A stretch of DNA of 64,000 nucleotides. Source: Haliotis rufescens (taxonomy: Eukaryota). The notes below the pieces were generated by a model. The model did no database searches. It was not told the origin of the DNA and saw nothing but the letters and a program-made list of their open reading frames with translations. This document shows positions 41,640 through 56,127 of the stretch, in pieces. How positions within the stretch are numbered: position 1 is the stretch's first letter; every line of letters starts with the position of its first letter. A program made the position numbers and the translations under genes. The stretch is from positions 434,001 to 498,000 of the forward strand of contig NW_025964112.1 in NCBI RefSeq assembly GCF_023055435.1. The letters are read 5' to 3'.

Positions 41640-42920
41640 AAACAGATCGATGGGTAGACAGATGGATGGACAGGCGAAAGGCAGACAGGGGGGTGGATAG
41701 CGAGGTGTAGACAGGTGGATGTATAGCGATAGGTAGACAGGTGGGTGTATAGCGATAAGAAGACAGGTGGATTGATAGTGATAGGTAGACAGGTGGATGG
41801 ATAGCGATAGGTAGACAGGTGGGTGTATAGCGATAAGTAGACAGGTGGATGGATAGCGATAGGTAGACAGGTGGATGGATAGCGATAGGTAGACAGGTGG
41901 ATGGATAGTGATATGTAGACAGGTGGATGGATAGTGATATGTAGACAGGTGGATGGATAGCGATAGGTAGACAGGTGGGTGTATAGCGATAGGTAGACAG
42001 GTGGATGGATAGTGATAGGTAGACAGGTGGATGGATAGTGATATGTAGACAGATGGATAGCGATATGTAGACAGGTGGGTGTATAGCGATAGGTAGACAG
42101 GTGGATGGATAGTGATAGGTAGAGAGGTGGATGGATAGTGATATGTAGACAGATGGATAGCGATATGTAGACAGGTGGATGGATAGCGATAGGTAGACAA
42201 GTGGGTGGATAGTGATATGTAGAGAGGTGGATGTATAGCGATAGGCAGACAGGTGGATGGATAGCGATAGGTAGACAGGTGGATAGATAGTGATAGGTAG
42301 ACAGGTGGATGGATAGCGTCAAAGGTAGACAGGTGGATGGATAGTGATAGGTAGACAAGTGGGTGGATAGTGATAGGCAGACAGGTGTATGGATAGCAAT
42401 ATGTAGACAGGTAGATGGACAGGCGATGAATAGATAGGTGATGGATAGACAGGTGGATGGATAGCGATAGGTAAACAGGTGAATGGACGGATAGGTAGAC
42501 AGGTGATGGATAGACAGATGGATGGATAGCGATAGGTAGACAGGCGATGGATTGACAGGTTGGTGGATAGTGATAGGTAGATGAACGGGCGGTGGATTGA
42601 CAGGTGGATGAATAGCGATATGTAGACAGGTAGATGGATAGGCGATGGATTGACAGGTGGATGAATAGCAGTGGATGGATAGCGATATGTAGACAGGTGG
42701 ATGGATGGATAGGTAGACAGGTGGATACATAGGTCGCAGGTAGACAGGTGCATTGTTAGAGCTATGTAGACAGGTAGATGGACAGGTGATGGATAGACAG
42801 GTGGATGGATAGCGATAGGTAAACAGGTGGATGGATAGCAATAGGTAGACAGGTAGATGGACAGACGATGGATTGACAGGTTGATGGATAGCATTGTAGA
42901 TGGAAGACATACGGACGGAC
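41640..42920. repeat. Purine-rich ~26-bp minisatellite built from GATA/GACA/GGAT tetramers
   Basis: Unit GATAGGTAGACAGGTGGATGGATAGC, degenerating toward both edges. Confidence 0.92.
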
Positions 42921-43342
42921 ACATTTCTTTAAGATAAATTCTATATGTGTAAACTGTCTTCACAATTTAACAGAATATCAAAACGGAAAAACGACGGTGG
43001 TTGATGGGTGCTCGGGTGGAGGGGATGCATACATGGATGGCTAAATGACAAAACCATTTCCCTATTCATAAGTGGAAATGGATAAACACTTACTCAACAA
43101 ATAAACTACGTATAAAACTGAGATATGAATAAATGTACTTTGAGTGATGTGGCCTTACATGTCCTCTCAGGAGGACAATAATTGTACACTACTTCATCCC
43201 CCTTTGAGGATACAGCCACTAACCATCCAAGTCACAAATCATACATTACCAATATAAAATATAGCTATCTACATAATTCAAATTTTATCGATAAGTTACA
43301 TTTCTTTAAAAAACAACAACAATTAAATGAGAATTGACAGTA

Positions 43343-43733
43343 TACACATGCCAAAAAGTTAAGCGCCACCATAATCATAGTCTCTTGATTTCACGTGTGG
43401 GAATCAGAAATACGAAATATGATGATGTATGACTGAATTAGGCTTCCATAGTTTCATGAACCCAAATTTGTCCAGATACCACAAGGAAAGCGTGCTTTAC
43501 GTGTTGCTGCAGTTCCCCTACCTTATACATAGTGAAATTCAAGTTTCAGACAGTTTCCTTTCTGCTCATATTCTTGATATAGATAAACTTGCTTTGGGAC
43601 AACTTTTGCATCACATGAGGTTTACATATACGGCTTATAACAATCGTACATCTCGTTATAATAGTCATCATTAAGTGCCAAAAGTAACAGCTCACAAATA
43701 TGGTGGTTGGCGCTTAACTTTTGTGCATGTGTA
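43343..43733. mobile_element. Tc1/mariner-type MITE
   Basis: TIRs TA-CACATGCCAAAAAGTTAAGCGCCA / TGGCGCTTAACTTTTGTGCATGTG-TA with TA flanks. Confidence 0.75.
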
Positions 43734-43891
43734 TATTAAAAAGATCCTCATTTGATGATGATTTGAAATATTTATCCCTTGTGATGGAAAAATCGACACA
43801 GCCAAACAGGACATGCCTGACCGTGAGTCATTCATCACAAAGGATACAAAACTTAGGATCCTCACCTTTCAATAAATATTCATGTGTATAC

Positions 43892-44362
43892 CTGCTATGG
43901 CCAATACGACATCATCGTATTATAACCTTTTTAAATCTGGACTGACAACCCAAGTAGGTGTAACAGATATTTGGTTTAATTTCATGCTGTTGATTGGTTG
44001 GCTGTTTTGTTGTTTAACGCCTCACTCAGCAATATTCCAGCTGTATGACGGCGGTCTCAAAATAATCGAGTCTGGACCAGACAAGCAAGTGATTGATATT
44101 ATAAGAATCAATCCACGGAATTGGGATCGATAACACGCATCAACCAATTTCCTATAATTTATTTACACCTACTTGGGTGTCCCACTTCTTTTGCATTTGA
44201 TCACGGATGTTAGATCTCATCTCGGGTTATTAACCAGTTTATCAGTTATTAATCAGTGGTGTCACAGATTTATTGAGTTCTGCTTTTACAGCAGCATCGG
44301 CCATTGAATTCCCAGTGATTCCAACATGGCTGGGTAAACGATGTCGTATTGGCCAGTAGCAA
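43892..44362. mobile_element. Foldback MITE with a SINE B fragment inside
   Basis: Outer IR TGGCCAATACGACATC / GATGTCGTATTGGCCA; inner IR ACCCAAGTAGGTGTAA / TTACACCTACTTGGGT; SINE B piece at ~43995-44147. Confidence 0.65.
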
Positions 44363-44455
44363 GATCATTAAACAATACAACAATTTTCTATTAACACATA
44401 CACAGACAAGTCCGTTATTAACCTGAAAAACATGGGCCAATGTCTACCATAATTG

Positions 44456-44835
44456 NNNNNNNNNNNNNNNNNNNNNNNNNNNNNNNNNNNNNNNNNNNNN
44501 NNNNNNNNNNNNNNNNNNNNNNNNNNNNNNNNNNNNNNNNNNNNNNNNNNNNNNNNNNNNNNNNNNNNNNNNNNNNNNNNNNNNNNNNNNNNNNNNNNNN
44601 NNNNNNNNNNNNNNNNNNNNNNNNNNNNNNNNNNNNNNNNNNNNNNNNNNNNNNNNNNNNNNNNNNNNNNNNNNNNNNNNNNNNNNNNNNNNNNNNNNNN
44701 NNNNNNNNNNNNNNNNNNNNNNNNNNNNNNNNNNNNNNNNNNNNNNNNNNNNNNNNNNNNNNNNNNNNNNNNNNNNNNNNNNNNNNNNNNNNNNNNNNNN
44801 NNNNNNNNNNNNNNNNNNNNNNNNNNNNNNNNNNN
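44456..44835. other. Assembly gap
   Basis: Run of N, followed by (GT)n. Confidence 1.
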
Positions 44836-46589
44836 GTGTGTGTATGTGTGTGACGGTTGTCTCAGGGGGAGCAGGGTACGCTCACGTCTTCGCTAACACC
44901 TGGTATGGTGACTATTTGATAGTGATCTACACATGCTCATGGTATGTTTAGAATCGTGCAGTGAAGTCTGCCTTTAGAAAAGATTATGGACATGGTTTTT
45001 GCCGCTCTTATTCACTGAGAAAGCGCGAACATCATTAAAATGACCACAGTGTGGTTTGAACACAATGTCGAGATGTTCACACCAAACATTCTATTATAAA
45101 ACAAGGGGACTACTTGTTGACCTTTCAGATCTCTGTCCGCGTTAAGCATCACGTCCGTATTGTTAATGACGTTAAAACATGTACGTGATGCGATTATTAT
45201 GTTGACATTTGTAACAAACGGTGAACGTAACACAATTGACATTATCGCTGATCAAATTAGATGAGTTATCCGAACAGAACACTTCACTCATTGTTCTGTT
45301 TCGCCATGCTGGCTACGAATTGTATCATTGCGTTGTCCATTGCGGAAATCAATGACGTCACGTGGTTTGGCTGGTAATTGTCTATTTCATGCTATGCCGT
45401 GTCACCATGGTCACGTTGCCAAGCAACGTAATGTCACCTTGTCACTTGTATTGTAGTCTTGTGACACGAGACATTTTGTCAGCGAGGATTTCGCCAGAGT
45501 TTTACAGAGACGTTGTCCCGCAGGAACCTGTATCTTGTGATTACGTCCACACAGCGGTATTGTGTGAGCCTCGCGGTGACGGAAGCGTTTATTGGTATCT
45601 CAACGTGGATTTGTAGTTTTACTTTCATCTGAATTACTATTTATCTCAGAATGTGTGGCTTTTCTAAATGGCGTGATGAGAATGATCAGGATGTTAGAGT
45701 TCTTCCCGTAGGGTTTGTGCCAATGTCAGTATGCATGTAAGCAAATATTTTTAATTAAACGTTTTGATTTATCCAAAGGACAAGCAATGCAAATCTCAAA
45801 GAAGAACAAAATACTAGCAATACAAATCTAAAAGAATAACGCAATATTGCTTAAAATAACATTCAAATGAGGGGGAAATTAGGGTTGTGGCGATGATAAG
45901 ATGTTTTGACTGAGGCTTGAAAGAAATAGGATGTGGTGAAACTATGATAGATTTAGCTGTCATGGTTGTTGTCTCAGAAGAAATATTGTATAATATCACA
46001 CACGTAAATACAATCAGACGGTGTTAAATATATGTACATATGTACATTATAACCTTATGTGTAAGTGGTACATGCGAGTAGTCATGACTCAATACGTCTA
46101 AAACCGTCAAGTGGACCGAATCTCATTGTCATTGAACGAATAAACACAAGGAACGCAAGTGGTGCTACTTATTGAAACAACATATGGAGTAACTAACAAG
46201 TATGATGAAGTATTACTACTCGTCTGATATGGGCCAAACACCGTTCGTTAGAGTCACCAAATTGGTAAAAGTCAACTAAACGACCTCACGCTAAGCTGAT
46301 ACACCCGCCTCCCTGTCTCGTACGTTTTTAAAGAAACGAGTGGAATACTATGGTGTCTGATGAATACCAGTGGACCTTCTATAGTGTGTGATATAAACTC
46401 TTAAAAAATAGGGATACTCGGAAATAACATAAACGTGAAAGAGATATTAGTGTCTGGTAATAGTTGTAGGATAATAATGAACGCATTGGGAACACATCAC
46501 AACCGATAGTGAAATAGATGTTTTGATCGCCAACGGTCTTGAAGGGCGATCGGGGAAAGATGGGAAATTTCAAACTTGACTTTTTTAGA

Positions 46590-47070
46590 TAACAGTGCGC
46601 AATACCGCCACGATGTGTCACACATTCACGCACTCGACGAGGCATGCAATGGCCATTTGAAGGAGTCTGTTCAGCCAACGTAGTCGACGGCCTATGACGT
46701 TGACGCACACGTCTCACTTTGTGTCTCAGACGTGTTCAGTGGGGGAAAGGTCTGGGCTCATTGCTGCATTCTATAGATGTGCTGCTGGAGGTGAACATTG
46801 ACGATTCGTGCACAGTCAACACGGGCGTTGTAGTCCTGAAAGACAAAATGTCGACCTACACGACTTGCAAAACGGGACAACAAAGGTTTCAGTACGTTGC
46901 CACGAAAGTACTGTCCAGTGACGCGTCCGGGCACAATGTGGAGTGGATTCGCTCAGTCATGGTGATGTCATCCACACAATACCCGATCCACCGCCAATTC
47001 CGTCATGACGTCTCAGGCTTTCATTGGCTTCGCCGTCGCCGTCGCCGTCGCCAGACGCGACAACGCCTAT
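46590..47070 (-). mobile_element. Tc1 transposase relic (DDE region)
   Basis: RVWRRR, GGGSGIVW, FVFQDYNARV (QDDNAR), SPDLSPTEHV* (SPDLNPIEHxW), MPRRVRECVTHRGG; disrupted. Confidence 0.8.
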
Positions 47071-47509
47071 GAAGGAAGTGCAAAGTGAATCGGGATTCAA
47101 CTGAAAACATGACAGCCACATCAGAATCTCCCCTTTGTGTGAATGCTTAGAGATATCAGATATCAGATGCCTTTCTATTGGGAGACAGTGGATATCCTTG
47201 CAGGCCTTTTCTCCAAATCCCATGGCAATGCTCAGCAGAGATACAATGACAGCTTGTGTTCTACAAGAGTTACAATATTTTACATTTAATCTTGATTTTT
47301 TCATCACTTTAGTAGTGTGTTCAAGTGCTCAACAATAAGAAATGTAAATTTAGTTTTACATCGATCACAGTGCAGAAACAAATAAGAAACGTATCCAGTT
47401 ACTAGTAATATTGATGATTCAAAGAAGCAAACAGGTTGCTTCTAAAATGTAGATTTTAATATGACATGATGTATTTATGTATTTGAGACAAACAGTTCTT
47501 GTTTTTTCA

Positions 47510-47711
47510 ACAAATAAGGATGAATCCACGCCGCGGGTGTCAGGTTGCCCTTGCCTATGCTGTTCTCCACAATGTATCCATATTACTGAATGAGCCGCTA
47601 CAAGATGACAACGACAACCCAGGCGAAAAGCCAACAGTGGACTCATATGGTGGGAGGCATGATGGACGACGCATTAGAGATTACATTGCCAATACTTTCT
47701 TCTCAAGCTAA
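47510..47711 (+). mobile_element. PIF/Harbinger transposase C-terminal fragment
   Basis: IRMNPRRGCQVALAYAVLHNVSI...GRRIRDYIANTFF matches the HARBI1-like ACxVLHN...GxxxRxxIxxxxF end. Confidence 0.7.
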
Positions 47712-47754
47712 AATATACAAACAGAGAACACAAGAATTTAAGATGGTGACAATG

Positions 47755-47906
47755 AGTGGGTGTGTGAGTATGGTTTTACGCCGCTTATAGCAATTTTCCA
47801 GCAATATCACGGCGGGGGACACCGGAAATGGGCTTCACACATTGTACGCCCACGTCTTCGGCGTGACGGGCGAACGCTTTAACCACTAGGCTACCTGACC
47901 GCCCCA
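47755..47906 (-). mobile_element. SINE family C
   Basis: Reverse complement of the family C head, body and tail. Confidence 0.8.
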
Positions 47907-48763
47907 ATGAAAATGAACTGCAATCCATTAATGTTTTTAGAAACATTTTTTAAACGTCAGGTATTTATTCCTGAACAAACAGGCTTTGGGCTCGATGTTG
48001 ACGCTACGGTAGATACATTACGCCAGATCCGGCCTTATAGACCTAACGGCGGTTCACGAAATTGTGTTTAACATTCTACATGCGTGATTTTTTAACGGCT
48101 TACAATTTCGTGATATTGGTTGATAATATTCATATCTCGCAAATAGTATATAATATTATACAATATTGGCAGTTTTGTTTAGATATTGTAGACATGGTAG
48201 ACAAATATTCTTTCGAAAAAGTTCAAAGTCATGTTAAAATATGGAAAAGGTTTATCCCGTGTCTATATAAACAGACGACTTTTCGAACGTATGAAAGAGT
48301 GAAGTAGACGAAGTTAAATTCCATAAATACAAACTTAGATCAGCACAGATTTTAGCTTTTATGAAATATTTTACTCTGAAAGCACTTACTTGGAAGAACT
48401 TCCGTTCCACAGCCGCTGAAACTAGCATAAACTAAATTCGAGAAGAACCCTGATAATGGGGGCCCCCCTCCGGTCTTTCTCTGTTGCAGCCTGTAGTCCG
48501 CGAAGGTTTTCTAGGCCTTTCATGTTAACAGTATTAACAGTTATTTAACGGCTGGCTACCTAACACGTGTTTAAATATTTATCATGACGTTAAAAAGCCG
48601 GGTTCAGAGCAACAGGGCCGAGATAGTTCAACATAGTACATTTTACTCCGTGTCACTCTCGTCTACCTGGAACTGGACTTGGATTTATAAAAAAAGATCA
48701 ATCGTTAGATTTTAGACAGTTACATAACCAGCAACACATAGTAGTGACGCCACCAAACAAATG

Positions 48764-48845
48764 GAATGAATGAATGAATATTGTTTTATGCCGCATCAGC
48801 AATTTTCCGGCTATTCACGGCGAGAACCAGTCAATAAAAATTCAA

Positions 48846-48895
<50 letters not shown>

Positions 48896-51800
48896 CAATC
48901 ATAAAGGTATGGTATCAAAGATCACATGACATATCAGTCATATGTGACAGTAAAAGAAGAAAAACTTATTATTGTGGCTTAAACCTATATTTTGTCAAAA
49001 AGATGGGTTTCTTTCTAAAATTCTATATTCGTATGTGCCTATATTTGAGTAAAATAAAAAATAAAATATGTTTGCCGTAGTAAAACAGCATTCACACAGT
49101 CTGACAGAATGTGTTTCATGGTAACTTGACATTGCCAAGGAATACACATGGGTGCATCTTCTCACTGTTAAAGGAAAGCGTGAATGTCTGAAACGACATC
49201 GGCTTAAATAACGTCATCTCTACGACAGGTGACACTGATATTGTTATGACTAATGCCTGGTTGAATACTTACAGCTTGTTAGTAGTTTGTTTGTCCCAAT
49301 GTGACTGCCAACACTGATTTAGATATTGCCTGATTACTGGCTTACAATCATAAGGGAGCTTAGTGTGTGTTACTGCTTGCTCAATAGTAGCTTTTGTCAA
49401 CATGGCTTGCAAGCCAACGAAAGAAAATATCATTATCGGCGGCTGATAAATTCGGGAGTCGTTCTACAATCTTCAAAAAGGGATGATCAGATTTCTGACC
49501 ATTTATCGTCTTCCAAGCGGGACAAAGAATCACACAAAAAAAATTAAATTGTCTGTTCTGAGAGTGCGTAATATGTTGCAAAGCTAACGAAATAGTCTTT
49601 GCTTCTGCAGTGAAAGTAGAGCTTCCATCATGAAAGACGAACTATCATTTGTAACTGCAGCAGCTGATACCTTCTCCTCTTCTTTAAAACCTTCGGTATA
49701 AATACATGTAAAAGAGGGGTAGTCATCTTTAACTTCGCGACAAACTTGGTGATATTGTTAAGAATTGGTATTGGCTTTTTCCAGCCTTGTTGAGTCACAA
49801 ATTACCATGGGCTGTATACATTGTCATGGCGGTATATTCGACAGTTGCAATTTGGCAACAGAAAGAAGATTTGAATAAACATCTTTGATGTGAGGTTTCA
49901 TGCGAATTCCAAGTGGCAGTATTGCATTTCACTTTGTTAGATAGAGACCCACATACGGAGGTATTGTCACATTGTCAAAGGCTTGATTAGTAGGATTTAT
50001 TTGAGTTTAGTCATATATTGAAAAGCAAACCTACCCCGAACCTGTTACATTTTGACTAGTTTCATTTGCCTCAACATTCAGACTTTCACACAACCCAAAC
50101 ACAACCTCAGACCCTAATGGTGAATATTATCATGTTCATGCAAATCTTATTTACGAATCATTAATAAACAACTATAGTCCAGCATCGATCTGACTCATGC
50201 TCTGTAGAGATATGCATGTAGAAGTGTTTCAATATCCCCGACCCAATGAATATTTGACTAAACTTTAAGAATATCAAGTGCCTTGATATAAGATGTAATA
50301 CCAAAAATACCAAAGAACAATTAAGGATCATTATGCATTTCCGCTTATTACAAAAATGGAAACATGTTTCGGTTTGTGAAAACTTAAAATCACTTATGAC
50401 CTTATAGAGATCTGCCTATGCTATGTTATGTAGTTAGTATGCATGTTACTGCCTCAACAAGACACATTAAATTCAACACACAAAGAACCATGAGTGGTTT
50501 GATTCAGCACTTTTGCGAGACTGTTGATGTTAATGCTAAACAAGGTAACTGAAAGAATACACCCATTTCTTGATCAAACATATCTGATACAGTCGATCAA
50601 ACACGAACTTGGAACTGTCTATTCCGCCCATGGAAGGTAATTCAATATACCATATGTCCATGTGGTATCAAAGGCCTTCTCTAAATCAAAGAATATAGTA
50701 ACTGCATCTTGTTTATTTATGAAGGCGTTACGAACAAATGACCCAAGTCGTACAAGATGATCAACTGTACTTCTACAACGTCTACATCAATATTGTATAT
50801 CTGTTATTAAGTTATTAGATTCAAGATGCCAAACAAGTCTATTATTAATCATTCTTTCCATCGTTTTACAAACACAGCTAGTCGGAGAAATTGGACGATA
50901 ATTTGTTGGATTGGTATGATCCTGGTTTAGGATTGGAATGGTGATTGTTTTGTGCCAGGAATCTGGAACGTACCACGTTCCCATATGTGGTTAAGTATAC
51001 AAAGAAGTACTAACACAGATTTATCAGGTAGATGCGTCAGTAAGACCTGGTAATGGATCTATTCATGTCCAGTTGCAGTGTCATGGAATTTATCAACTGC
51101 TGCAGGCAGTTCATCGAGGGAAAAAGGATTCATTATAACTTTCTGAAATTTCAGATGAAAAATGTATATGCTTTTAAAATTCGGGAGTGTCATTAGAAGA
51201 AGCACCCTTGCTGCTGTTTCCCCTAATTTATTTGCAATATTGATTCCAGAAACAAATGCACGCCATGAAGAACGCTTAATTCATTTCGTTGTTCTGCGAG
51301 CGTTTGCTCTTAATAGTTTTTATTTGTTAAGATGAATCGATGATGGATAAACATTAAAAAATGTCTTGGTTTTTTCCTTTGTTTTCTAGCTTGTCTGCAA
51401 TCATTGTTGAACCATGGCTTTCTAATACGGGGAACTGTGGATGATTTAGGAATAGTGTTCATTTCAATATTGATAAGATCCTGTGAAAATGATTCAATAG
51501 GGTGATTTACATTCTGATACTATTCAGATAAAAGATTGTCAGCACATACCTTCTGGAATTGAGTCAAGTTAGCTTTATTGAACCTTCATCTGGAATCTCT
51601 TCAATAGGCATAATGGTTTTGAGGAGCGTTGGAAAGTGGTCAGTTCCACAATGTTCATCATTTACCGTCCATTCGAAATCATTCAAAATCAAAGGATCTG
51701 CAATTGTTAGATAGAGGGGCGAATGTGTCTGAGTGGCCGGATGCAGATAGGTATTCGAATCATCATTAAAGATACGCAGTTTGTTGTTGTTCAAATCGCC

Positions 51801-53990
51801 AGTTATAATGAAGGGCCTGAGGAGTTGATCAGTTAAATTCTGAAATGTCACTGGTTGCGGAGAAGATGAAGGTGGAATATATAATGAGCAAAGTGTAATT
51901 GCAATATGTAATGTTACCAACACCGCAACAGCGTGAAGAGTTAGTTAGTTTTGAGTGGCACTGGACTATGAAGTATGTTTTGTCTAATCAATACGGACAC
52001 ACTATCTGACGTTTTGTCAGTGTTGATGAATAACTATGATAAGTATCACACCTATCAATATCTGTTTTATCAGTTCCTTCAGGAATGTGTACTGAATACA
52101 GAAAGCTTTTGGATTAAACTCTTGTTGAAGAAGACCGAATTCAATAAAATAAGCCCAAAACCTCTACAATTCCACTGTATCATGTTTTGTAAATGATTTA
52201 TGATTTGGGTGCATTAATTGGTGAGTGACCATGCATTGACCTTTTGTAGCAGACTCCCCAATTCAGTTGAAGCCATTGTCACAGATGGTCTTCTGGTAAC
52301 AGAGTTATATGACTCATGTCATAGAAAGGATGGAGCAAGGTTCTTAGCTTCAGTGTAGCTAATGTTATGACATTATATATATATATTTTTCCATTTGCCT
52401 TTTCCATATTGGACACTCTTTAGACGAGCATGGATGCTGACATCTCAATGGATTTGGGAAATATACTTCAACTTGAGGATTGCCATAAGCTGCTTTGATG
52501 GATTTGGGTGCAGTTTGGGGGATAAACGAAAACTGATACGCACTGGTTTGAATCGCTAGTTCTGATGTCTAGAAAATCTCTCCTTTATCTCTCAACTCAG
52601 ATACAATGTAAATCTCTGTCGTATCCTCCAAAAGATTATCCTGATCCCTAATAGTTCCTTTACTTGAATTGAGGCACCTATTGACAGAAACTGAAATATT
52701 CCAGCCAATATATCAGTTCGAAGCAACTTAGTTGATTGCTGTCTTTTAGCACATTCTGTACAAAGTGATCAAGATCTTATGCGTTATATATTTTTGACAT
52801 CACCTGCTGTACCATACACTCCTTTGGAAATAGCAAATGGGTTGAGATTAATTGGTTGCTTCTCTGGAGACTCAATAACCAAAAATCTTGGCCAGTATTT
52901 ATCTTGTTACGGAGGTCGATGAATATCATCAGTACTTGGTTCATTGTCAAGCTAACGTTTTTCCCCGAGGTGGTTTGCAAGATCCATGTTGTAGGGTATA
53001 ATTAAGGATTGACTGTGTATTTTTTTCGGTTCATTGAGGTATGAATGAAAAAACCGATGTGCAAACTGTATGAATCCGCGTAGTTGGAAAAATGCTAGTT
53101 AGAAATGAAACCTGAAGACATGAAAGTTGAACCGAGGCGAGCGGGAAAAAAACAGGCGAGCGAGCCTGCACGTTTGCTGTTTCATTCATTCTCAGCCTTC
53201 TGTTTCAGAGGGTAGTTTGGACAATGAATATGCCTGAAAGTCGCTAAATGACCTGTGCATGACGATACACGTGAGCAAAAAGGGAATTCCATCGACTGTT
53301 ATATTGGGATTCCCCGACATTCCGCAGTAATAAAAGTAGTGTGCCTCGGTGGGCGTTGCTTCATTTTTTACATTCATTGGGAAATGAATGCAATAACACG
53401 TGACCAATTCAGCTAATCAGAATGCAGGAATTACAGTGAACACAACGAAAATGTAATTATTGTTTCGTCATCCCAGATCCCCACCCACCATGGAGTATCA
53501 TAAAGACTATAAACAAGTGGTTCTCTGACTTATAGCACCAAGGCTACGGGTATGATATACTCTTCTGTTAAAAAATCAACAATTTATCATTCCACCAGAT
53601 TGGCCCATGAGCCAACGGCTTCTGGGCATACGACTCTAGTCAAAGTACATACTCGTAAACGATATATTTCAAATTAAATGAAGATAACAGATTCATAGAA
53701 ACGGTTAACATAACATTTTAATTGTGACAAATTTGTGCAATACAATTTTAATGCACAGGGCTTAGCGTGACCAGCCGATTGAAAGAACCGGACCTTTTCT
53801 TCTGAAGTAAGGGTCGAAGTGGTGTATTGGGCAAAGGATGCTATTCCTGGAATCAGTGCCCTTAACCACCAGACTACCCTCCTCCACCAACACGGGGGCG
53901 CAACTTCCGGCAAACGGGTTGCCCAACTTAATCGTCAATTACGACAAGCAATGGGTGCTGAGGCCTCATTCTACCCCGGTTCCACACGGA
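48764..53990 (-). mobile_element. Decayed, apparently full-length I-group (Nimb-like) LINE: 5'UTR, ORF1, APE-RT-RNase H ORF2, 3' tail
   Basis: Minus-strand remnants: ORF1 (~52990-52300, LNSSKG-type block); APE start IQWNCRG (~52180), TLCSLYIPP, GDLN and DHFP; RT YRPISPTSCVCKTMERMINNRL and FFDLEKAFDT; RNase H-like GSSTFTAEA and CDSLS (~49700-49300); 3' tail CGCCGTGAATAGCC...GCGGCATAAAAC plus (ATTC)n at ~48825-48764. Many stops and frameshifts; probable unrelated insert at ~53010-53455. Confidence 0.85.
48848..48892. repeat. (TA)n microsatellite in the LINE 3'UTR
   Basis: Seen directly. Confidence 0.95.
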
Positions 53991-56127
53991 TTTGAATGGC
54001 TGACTGTTGTTTCCTGGCGATTGGAACATTTCGCATGCATGCATGCCGCTATTATTGGCCACGGGAGTTTCATGAACAAATGAAACGGGGGTGTTACTTT
54101 TTCCAATGTTTTTAATGGAATGCTTCCTGAAATATTTTGACATTTGTTTGAGCTGATCAGGATTTATATGTGGACTTGATGGAACATTGTCATTCGACTT
54201 GTGGACAAGGTGTGTATGCACAAAGTGAGTTTTAAGTCGTTTTGACGCCTGGAGCCTTCGGCTATACACATTTTGTGAGAGTGAATGGTTTGACTATCTC
54301 AATACGATTCCTGATACACCATTGGGCGCAAGATTTGCGCACGCCGAAAGTGTGTGTTGATGTGAAACAGTTCATCATTCGCCAAGACATTACTCACGGA
54401 CACGTTAACCACGACTGTATCAGCTTCGATACAAACTGTTACCATCCGGGAACCTTCAATACCGCTTTGGCAACACTTTATAACCATTTGTCTATTTACA
54501 TGTGTGTGAAGCTCAGTTCTGGTGTCCCCCGTGATATTGCTGGAATATTGCTTAAAGCGGCGTAAAACCATACTCACTCACTCACTCACTATTAACATGT
54601 TGTTTCCACCATGATCAAAGGAATCCATGTTGTTTCGTTGTGAGAAAAATGCCGTTTCCGGTTATCTACTTATGTCATTGGGATGACAAGCACGACACAG
54701 GCCTATGTCATGAGTAAATGCTTAAGTTAAATGAAACGTAATGAACTAACATTATCTATGACACTGGCAACAAATACATGTACACAAAAAATTCGTCAAA
54801 ATCGTTTCATTAAGTCTCCTGACTTTGGATGAATGAAAATACACTATAGTGTGACCTTCCATATGTGATCATAGCGAGGCTACTGTCATACATTCAAGAC
54901 GAACGAGGTCAACCTTGTACGTCACATGTGCAACGTACGGACTAGGTATCTCGTGTCCATGTCTTCAGCATGAAACCATGGCATGCCATCAGGAATGTCA
55001 TTGATATTGTTCAGTTTACATCACTGGCATATAGTTGTTTTGAGACGGGATACGATGACACGCAATCACTCAAGGCAGACATCCTGACCACCCAACACAG
55101 ACCGCCATCATATGGCTATACTATTACTAAGTGCGGCGTTAAACACCAAACAAACAAACACTTCCCATTTTATGCGCCTCTTAGGCCAGTATGATATTCT
55201 GTTAATATATCTGGCTAGCAATACCCAAAGCTTCACATAATAAATCAAAATCGACCATTATCTAAAACCATTTGTGATCGTTTGTGAGGTGATGACTGAT
55301 TATATCGCATAGTAATTGTCCTCTCAATACTCGAATTACCGAGTATTAGTAAAAATCACGCAATATTGATTCCGGTTTTTAAAGACACGAAATCTGCAAG
55401 ATTTATTTATTTGGTACAGAAATACTTCCCCGCAACCGGTTATTCCTTTACCACGCATTCAGTGCGCAAAACCGGATGTAATCGTACGCAGTGAATTAGC
55501 AGCCACGAACACTTCCGGATATGCCCCCAGACTAACGGTAAATGATGGATGTCAGTGAAATCAAACCTCACCAGTTTCACACCTCTCTGATCAGTAGTTG
55601 ACAAGCATAGTTGTTACATGCGTGGCGTGATTCATCCTAAGGCTCAGTCATTGCGTCAAAATCAATACGTTCCACACAAGGTGGGATATCGAGAAGGAAA
55701 AACATGAGATCGTGTACTGTATCAACAGATACAGAGTGTGCAACTGCTGAGTTGGTATTGTTGAACCTCACTGGACTCACCGTCTACTCATGTGCATCTT
55801 TGACTCGGGGTCAAGTGCTGCTCGAGGATTAAGACTTCTATGTGTACATGTCGGGGTATGTAGTGAGTGATTTGGGTTAAAAGACGCTTTGAACAGTATT
55901 CCAGTTACGTCATGGTGGGTCGGCTTAATGAGATTAAAGCCCAATGGGTACATGTATCAGATGTTGCCAGTTATGAGACGTCCATTACCATGGGTGTGAC
56001 ATGGGTGTGACCAGAATATGACATTCGAACAAGCGATCGTCACGAAAAAGGGACGCAACTCTGCACGGGGAACTGCGGCGCCTTGGACGACTTAATCCGC
56101 CATGCCCATGGACCAGTTACAAGTGGA

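Noticed and set aside
41495-42963. 475-aa His/Pro/Tyr/Ser-rich ORF and overlapping ORFs
   Set aside because: Translation of a low-complexity minisatellite that is open in several frames.
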